From assembly GCA_012295275.1 (NCBI GenBank), contig CM022679.1:4402001-4466000 (forward strand): a stretch of DNA of 64,000 nt, in the 5' to 3' direction. The stretch comes from Chrysomallon squamiferum (taxonomy: Eukaryota > Animalia > Mollusca). Below are positions 54,658 to 64,000 of this stretch, piece after piece (the stretch's first letter is position 1; every line of letters starts with the position of its first letter). A program made the translations under genes and the position numbers. The notes beneath the pieces were generated by a model that saw only the letters and a program-made list of their open reading frames with translations, searched no databases and was not told the origin of the DNA.

Positions 54658-55573
54658 CACTTGCTGGTTTGTAGCACAATACTATTGTTTCGTTCTCTAT
54701 ATAATTGTTATTTTCTCTCAGTATGCAGGACAGTATATTGGTTAATCTTCTTTAGTATGTTGGAACTGATCTCTAATCGAGAATACAACTGCTGTGATGC
54801 TGTCAATGGATTATTCATGAATCGTGGAGTTTTATTGTCTGTAAAGTCATTACCTTGATTAAAATTTTCTTTTGTTTCCTAAGCTGGCTGTTTCAAAAAA
54901 TTAATTTTGTTCTTAAAGTATTTTTTAATAATTTGACGTTTACAGCACCAAATTCTTTTTTATATATTTTTTTTTATTTCAAATTTATTTATTTATTTGT
55001 AATATTTTGATTTAAAAGATATGAGCTTTATTCAAAACAAAAGAGCACCTTTTTTATTAAAATTTTATTTTTCCTTTGTATTAATGATCTATACTGAAAT
55101 ATAAATATGCAGTTAACTTAGGGACAAAACAGTTTGTAATTTACTTACTGTATCTTGTAATAATTAGTTTTTGACTAAAATATAAACGAAAGGGCAACAC
55201 TAACACACGGTTTTCTTCTAGAAACGAAGAAATTTAAAGGAGAATAACTATAACTTTAGAAATCAACTTGTGAGCGTAATCATTATATTTAATGATAAAA
55301 TATCAGTCTGCAAATTATTATAATTGCAACAACAATACTGTCTTTGTTATATGCATGTGTGTATATATTTATATATAGGTATATATAAGTATGTATGTAT
55401 ATATATTTATGTATGTATATATGTATGTATGTATGTTTGTATATTTGTATGTTTGCACGTATCTACGTACAATTTACATATGTCTGTATAAAAACATACA
55501 TAGGTAATATGCATGTAAGCCAGTCTATGAATAAAACAAGTCTTCTATTACTCTACATGATTATAAAGGCAAA

Positions 55574-55631
55574 TAACTCAAAACGTATTTGATCTACGAC
55601 TGTAACTCAAAACGTATTTGATCTACGACTG
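55574..55631. repeat. Perfect 29-bp tandem duplication
   Basis: TAACTCAAAACGTATTTGATCTACGACTG occurs twice, head to tail. Confidence 0.9.
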
Positions 55632-55939
55632 TTTCACCCATGAACCACTTGTTCGTCTATACGCCATACAAGTAAGTAAAATCAAATCTACTGCTACAGC
55701 CCTTGCCCTTTACCCAGCAAGCGAGACAGCCGCAGATTCGTATATGCACCGAAACAGCGCGAAGAACCACAATAGTCCGACAATAAAAGGTTGGCTATGC
55801 CATCAACTTAATTTGCCTGATTCTGCGATAATGGACAGTTGTGTCAGTATCTTTGCCTTTGGGAAATCTAAATGAAATGAAACAGTGCAGTGTACGGTAG
55901 TTCGCAGTAAGACTGTGGGCCCTGAATGTTAGAAAAAAG

Positions 55940-55982
<43 letters not shown>

Positions 55983-56864
55983 AGAAAAAAAAGGAGGTAA
56001 ATTAACACAGATAGAGACGGTTTTAAAAAAAAACAAAAAAAGAAAGAATGGAGATGAAAACAGAGCACCAATCAGCAGTGTGAAGTTAGCGGGGTTACCC
56101 TCACCAAGTGGGTTACTCAATCCTAGAGAACGCAGCGTAAACTAATTAAAATTAGAAATATGAGTTTGGCTTCGAGGGATGAAACAACAGTCTGTAATAA
56201 TAATAAAAAATATATATATAAAAAAAGTATAGGAAAAAAAATATAAAAAAAGCTCGACTTTAATCTAATAACACAGAATTAGTCATTATCCAGTGATAAC
56301 ACTGCGGGGCGTGTTGCTTTAGAGTTATTTTATTATTATTATTATTATTATATCAAATCAGCGAGTGACGCAATGTGAAGAAGGGTAAATTAGTTCTGAA
56401 ATCGTCGCAGTGCTACTAACTAATGTGTCCCAAGGAAAGATAATAACTGTAGCATAGATGTTGGGGTTTTTTTCTGGGGTTTTTTTTTGTTGTTTTTTAT
56501 GATGAAAACTTGGTTTTTAAAACACTCAGTTCATAATGATCACTGTTGTAAGCATTATAAAAATTATAATTTAATGTTGTTGTTGTTGTTGTTTTAAAAT
56601 TTATTCAGCTAAAAAAAAAAAAAAATGTTGATCGGTCGATTGTAAAGCCTTTAGGTTCATAACTATGAAACTGTTGGGTTTTTTGGCGATTTATTTTTAT
56701 TTTTTTATTCATTTTTTGGGGGGATGAGGGTATTTTGGTAGAGGTTATTGTTTGTTTGTTTGTTTGTTTGTTTGTTTGTTTGTTTTTTCGGAGGGTTGGG
56801 TAGTTTGTATATTTAATTATCAGCGATAGATTTAATAAATCTAAATCTTATGTTTTTTAATAAT

Positions 56865-57048
<184 letters not shown>

Positions 57049-57339
57049 CAGGAACTTGCTTTTGTAGTGAAAAGTTTCCAACACAGCAGTTTGAAAACTT
57101 ACTTCTTTCGTAACAAGAACTTTACCCATAGAGCGAAACGGTCAATCTGTAGTTCTAACGATTACTTTCAAATGTATTTATTTTCTATAGACTTCATTTC
57201 GAAATAAGGACCACAGGCATCGAATAAATAAAAATAAAAAATGGAACCTGGGATTTCAATACAGATAAGTGTTAAACACTGAAGCAGATGATAAATGAAT
57301 CAGTAAATATCTCACAGCAAAAACCTGACAGAAAACACT

Positions 57340-57670
57340 TCGATGAAAGGTCAAGATGACCTCCACAGAGTTTGGAAAGTCTAATAAGAATAAAAGTCCT
57401 GGTTTTAGCTACGAGAAAGAAAAAAAAGATAATACTAAGTTAAAATACACTTCCTGGTTTTAACTACATGAAAGATAACTATGACCTTGTTAATAATATA
57501 CTAAGTTAAAATATAATTCCTGGTTTTCGCTACAGGAAAGATGAAGATGACCTTGTTAATAATACTAAGTTAAAATATAATTCCTGGTTTTAGCAACAAG
57601 ATAGATTGAAGAAAACCTTCATGTAGGAGTGTGGAAACTTGAGAAACAAAACATGTTCTGGTTTTGATCA
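57340..57670. repeat. ~60-65-bp minisatellite, 4-5 diverged copies
   Basis: Repeated AATACTAAGTTAAAATATAATTCCTGGTTTT...GAAAGAT...ATGACCTTGTTAAT. Confidence 0.85.
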
Positions 57671-58981
57671 CACGAAGAAGACATAACTTAACATGAATAT
57701 GGGTTCTAGAAAAAAATAATATTCCTCGATGCAAGATTTTTGCAGATTAGCAAAAGGAATCTGTTATGTAAACCTTACCATTTAAAAAGTAAACCGAACA
57801 TAACAGTTTTGATATTGTTGGTGTAAGCATCGCCTGAAAAGGTAAAAAGCTCGCTATGTCTGTAGGTAGCAAGAACAGATCCTACGATCTTACGTTCCAC
57901 AGTAAGGGAATATTCCAACACAATTATTATGAAGAGCTAAACAAAACCAAAAACCTTTAAGAAGGGCAGTATACAGACTATATAATAGTCATTTTGTCAT
58001 ACATTTTCTTTTTAGAAATCACTGAGTAAAACGAAATTATTTCGTTCTAACAAATCATTATATAATAATGTGCTCATGCTCTGCATAATATCCATCAGTC
58101 TGAATCGGCTCCTACGGATATGTCTGGTGATGAATATGCTGAGGTCATGCAGTGTTTTTATTGCGTAACCGAAGCTGTCAACAGAACTAACGCTGTAACA
58201 GAGAGATATATAACATACAAAAAAAGAGCATTACCTTAAGCTGTAGGTCACTGTATAAAAAAAGAAAAGAGATGACTTTCAAAGAACGGTTAAGAAGCGT
58301 CCAATTAGAAAGACGAAATGTAAATTGAAATCAAACCTGACTTTTCAAACAATTTAGAACACAGACTTAATAAAGCAATTTGCGGCGGGCAATTTTCTTT
58401 TAACTGTTGCTCTCGGCAAGATTGTAATTCTTCCAAAATTTTCGACAATGTTGAAATTTTAGTTTCACTTCGAGGTGTGCGTCGAGTTCTGCAGACTGGA
58501 GTTAATGAAGAGTTTGTGTTTGCCGTCATTCATATCTCCCACTCGAGACGTTTTATTTCGTACAGAATTGACTGGGGCTGCGACCTGCCATCAGCAAACA
58601 TCCAGGGACCATATGATACCCATTAAAACAAATTGATACCGAGAATTCGCAGATTACGAACGACACAGACAGAGAGAGAGATAAGACAGGACAGAGTCGT
58701 GCTTTCGGAATGTTGGTGTGTGTGGTGGTGGGGGGAGAAATACAACGTTGTCAAAGAAGACAGGAAAGAAGGTGGAGACAATTTTCGAAATTAAATGGGT
58801 CATTTAAGAACATTTTATTTTTCAACAATTAACGGATGTAACCGATGTTGGTGTTTAGCGAGTTGCAAAAGCTTGATGGATAAAGTCAGAGGATTTTAGA
58901 AACTGGTGGGCTGCTGTCGTTTAGGAAGATGGGTTATAATTTTGAGGTAGAAATGGAAATAAATGTAACTGATAATGAAGA

Positions 58982-59078
<97 letters not shown>

Positions 59079-59487
59079 TTAAAATAATAATAAGAATGAT
59101 TAATACAGTTAGAATATAGGTTCTATTTGTTGCTGTACCCTTATTCGCTCTTTGTTATTATACATTTTATTACGTACTGACAAGGACGGGACATCAGTTG
59201 TTACGAATGCATAGAGTCAAGTGGCTGTCTCTACAAATCATTTGGAAATTAAATAATGAAGAATAATGAACTCTGCGGAGGCGATTTAAGACGTCAGTGG
59301 AAATGAGTTACTGTTTTACAAATTTGTTTCTATAACGTTGAAGACAGCAGAAAAAGAAAGAAAGATTATAGAAGACAGACGGGACACAGGGACAAACAGA
59401 TGAACCAGTGAGAAATGAACGTGAGATTGCCGGCTTTAGTGTATCTTCATTATGAGCCTGATGTAAAAATAATAACAACAACAGTCA

Positions 59488-59740
59488 TTACTGATCACAG
59501 TTCAGAAATCTCAGTGATCATGATTTGAGTGTTATTGTATACTCAAACACTTGATGGAATATAGACGATTATGGTTTGTGCGTTTTCGGTCAAAGTACAC
59601 GCAGTGCGTACGTCACAGCTTGTCAGTAAAGGAGATTCATAATAATGATAGGAGTAGATTTGATCACTCGAAAATAATGATAACAACAACAAATAAAACA
59701 ACAACGACAATAATAATAATAATAATAATAATAACAATAT
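59488..59740 (+). repeat. Dispersed repeat, copy B (paired with 1576-1830)
   Basis: Same blocks in the same order and orientation as copy A, with scattered substitutions. Confidence 0.85.
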
Positions 59741-60222
59741 CATAGTAATAATATATCCGAAAACAAAATCACATATTCAAAACGTAATGATTTCTTCTTA
59801 AATCTAGAATCTTAATAAACCAACATTAACAAAACACTGTTCAAAATATGAAAAGTGTTATTTTCGTTTATATAAACCATTTGAGTAGAATATAAAAAAA
59901 AGTCGAAGAGTGTGCTAATATAAGCAGCTGAAATCAGGCCACAACTACGTTTTGTGTCCACTGATGGCCACATTATAGGACTGTATAACAGAAAATTGCC
60001 TTAATAACCTAATAATCGCAGTGAACACTGGAAACAAATAGGATAAACGCGAGGCTATCGACCTGCAGTGAGTTCCATTTGTCTGACAAAACACAGCGTC
60101 TTCTGTGAACGAACTGGTGTCACTAACACACAGAGACACTTAGACAGCAAGAGTCAGAGATGTAGACAAGTGTAGCGAAAGAGGAGGAGAAGAAGAGCGA
60201 CATAGTGAGCGATGAAGACAAT

Positions 60223-60271
<49 letters not shown>

Positions 60272-60536
60272 GCTACTACTACTAATACTACTACTACCCC
60301 CACTATTACTACTACTACTACTACTACTACAACCACTACTGCTCTTTTATTATTATTATTACTATTATTATTATTATTATTATTACTTTTATTACTATTA
60401 TTATTAACGTTTATATTATTTCATATTTCATTTATTTATTTATTTATATATTTATTTATTTACATATTACTGATGTGCAAATCCACAGAAATAACATCAG
60501 ATTTAAAAAAAAATGTATTCTGTTTCTTCAGAAATT

Positions 60537-60651
<115 letters not shown>

Positions 60652-61381
60652 CTCTCTCTCTCCTCATTCACACGCACTTACTGTCTCTCTCACAATCCCA
60701 TTTCAGATTAAAATTACACTCTTTAACTTTCCTAAATCATATTTTTTCTTCTCACAAACTTTTTTCAGTGCAGCAAGCTATCTGAAACAAGTTTAATTTT
60801 CTCTAGATCAGCTCCTAAATGAGTTTTTAAGAAAACAGGTTCATTGCTACTATGGAGAAAAACAGTGTATGGTGGATTGATTAGAAATAACACAACTCCT
60901 ATGGATTCTGAACCGTTTCATAAAGAACAAGAAATAATTAAATTACAGAGGTCTGTTGTTATAATTTAACACTTTTTCTTGTCTTACAGAAACTAAATGT
61001 GTGTCTGGTATTATTTTCGGAGAAAAACAAAAATTCACTGAAGTGTAATGTAATGCACAGGTGCTTTATTTAGAACAGGTAGGTTATTGGAACAACCTTT
61101 ACTGGTTGTCCGAAAGTGCCTTTTCCCAATCCAGCGACTGCTCGAGAATGAGAGGTATCAAAATAAATTATATTACGTAAAAGATTATGATGTTATTCTA
61201 GACAATATCAAACCAAAAAAAAAATGTATCTATGAGTTCAGTATGAAATATTACTGTGTGTAAAAAAATATATAAAAAGTAAATGAATAAATAAAAGCGA
61301 AGAAAAAACGCATGGCTCTATCAGAACTTGTCAATACCTAATTTAAAACGTAATAACTAAGAGACAAACAGACAGACAGAC

Positions 61382-61590
<209 letters not shown>

Positions 61591-61799
61591 CATTTCAGAG
61601 ATGCTAATAAGATAGGACGAGGATGGGCTTTTAGAAATTTAGACTTAATAAAATCCGTTTGAAGTCTGATCCCTGGGTAATTGATATTTACGATTATGAG
61701 CATAAACAAATTATTGCTTCCTTAAAAATGTAAGGATGAGTTGGATGTCTGTCTCTAATTTCGTATTAATTTTACAGACATATTTGTAATGGCATGCAG

Positions 61800-61918
<119 letters not shown>

Positions 61919-62748
61919 TGTGTGTGTGTGTATATAAAAAGACATGGCTTTATCGCTTCTGTGAACAGTTATCATTCACAGAACATTATTTTGTTGTTCT
62001 TTAACTATTGTTCTGACATTGTGGACATTGTGGACATTGCAAATACCAATTTCAATTAATTTACAAACGATTATACTGAAGATTCTATCACATTTTCGTA
62101 TTACTGAATACAGTTCAAAACGACGGTAATTTGTAGATTTTTTTTCTGCAGCAGCGAAGATTGGAAAAGATTGTGAGACTAAATTTGGTCTCAAAAGTCT
62201 GTTGAATCTGCCACTCGCGTATTGACTTCTTGATTTATTTTACGAATGTCCACGTTACTACGAGTCATTGCCGATAAAAATGATACCAGAATAAAACAGA
62301 TTTCCAGAACAGCTTCAGTTAAGAGTGGCTACCACTGTCACTCTGAATGTGTTACGTACAGCGCGGTCCTCTGGCTGATACAAAACTGAGATCGAGTCTT
62401 GCTTTTGACTTTGGTAGCTGTATAGTTCTGTAATTGGTTATAGCAGAAACTTAGCTGACTCCGCGCTATTTGGTTTTATTTTGTCATATTTACATAGCAG
62501 CTTTTCCATACGGAATGAGCTGACTAGTGCTTTACTGTGTAAATTAATAAATAAAATATAAAAAGACATGGACATAATTATATATTATAATAAATGTAAA
62601 CATATTAAAATAAATGTAAATATTATAAAAATAAATGTAAAATATAATGGTGTGATAAAAAGACATGGACATAAACATATCAAAATAAATGTAAATATAT
62701 TAAAATAAATGTAAACATAATGGTGTGATAGCTGTATCTGTTGGAACA

Positions 62749-62820
62749 TGGGGCTCCAGTGGTTAAGCTATTTGTCTGATGCACGGAAAGTAATTGGATC
62801 GGTTCTGGGTCGCGGTATCT
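62749..62820 (+). mobile_element. tRNA-like SINE head remnant
   Basis: GGGGCTCCAGTGGTTAAGC (A-box-like) ... GGATCGGTTCTGG (B-box-like); no intact cloverleaf. Confidence 0.35.
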
Positions 62821-63891
62821 GATAGTTTAAGCTATTTACGTTGGACTCTGAAGATAAGCTGTTTGGTTCGCAGTTGAGTATCTTTACTGCTGTTAGGAAA
62901 ACTGATACACGATATGCTCGGTAAAAGTATTGGTCTTATTTCGTCCGTATCATCTCAGACCTAATTGGAATAGTACAATATCTCTGTACCAGTTATTTAT
63001 GTATTTTTCTGATTATTAATTTCCTTAGAGCACCTGTCAAAATGTTAAAGATACCAGCATGACACTATCAGCTCATCACTGAAGCAAAACGAACATCACA
63101 GATGTCAAAACAGAGACGAGACGATACTGAAACATCGGCATCGTCTAGTGTAGATGAAAGAAGCTTGTACAAGTTTCTCCAAGTTAGCCAAAACACTGAT
63201 TTTTTAAAAATTGAGTTTGTATTAAAAAAACATACCTGTATATATAACGAAGTTTAGCTTGCATGCATTCGTATAACCAATTTCATATATGTACATCACA
63301 AATACACACAAATTTACATACATATAAATACTCAAAAACATACGCGGACATGTATATGTACATGTCGACAGAGGTAAATGTGTGTATGTGTGTTTATGGC
63401 TTTCTGAGTATGTATATATGTCAGTGTGGATTCTTTGTATGTACATTAAATAAGAAAAGTTTAAGTGAACCTAAAAAAAGATGAAAACAAAATAAACAGA
63501 AATAAAGAAAACGAAAAAAAAAAGATAACAAAGAGATAGAGAGATATGTGCAGAAAGACAGACAGACATACAGATAGATATTACTTTGTAAAATACAAGT
63601 AAAATACATTGCTAAGAAGCGATGACTTGGTAAAGGTGTCAGTTTATGGTTTGTTCTAACATATGTCTGGACCCCGAGTGCATTTTCTGACTGGATAGTT
63701 TCAAATTATTGGTTAATTCTAGTTTCCATCAGCCAAATCAGATACAGTATGAGTCATATATTTATATATATGATGTGTGTATATTTGTGTATGTGTGGAT
63801 GGATTGATGGATGGATGGATGTTATGTATGTATGTACGTATCATTGTGCATGTATCACTCTGCGTGTGTATTACTGGGTTGTATAGGTCTT

Positions 63892-64000
<109 letters not shown>

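Noticed and set aside
62749-62820. Possible tRNA gene
   Set aside because: The stems do not pair into a cloverleaf and the B box is degenerate; treated as a SINE head remnant.

Overview
AT-rich, extremely microsatellite-dense eukaryotic (animal) genomic DNA. It is probably molluscan/lophotrochozoan, inferred from the receptor subtype and the repeat content. The only supportable protein-coding gene is a multi-exon Cys-loop receptor on the minus strand: an alpha-type nicotinic acetylcholine receptor subunit. I assembled it by hand from 7 coding exons with canonical GT-AG junctions and consistent phases (48498-48447, 15006-14813, 14230-14121, 13382-12925, 11394-11308, 10536-10421, 9876-9406; 1488 nt, 495 aa). 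It keeps the full ACh-binding box and vicinal cysteines. However, its M1-M2 linker reads PPESPAK instead of the cation-selective GEK, the hallmark of the anion-selective (chloride) nAChR clade of molluscs and flatworms. The 33.4-kb first intron hides a second, unrelated phase-1 signal-peptide exon (26799-26721) and a weaker third candidate (40079-40004), which suggests alternative promoters and N-termini. The rest is simple repeats, several minisatellites (one abutting a splice acceptor), degenerate tRNA-derived SINE-like fragments, one direct dispersed repeat pair and one inverted pair. Nearly all other ORFs in the supplied track are translations of microsatellites.
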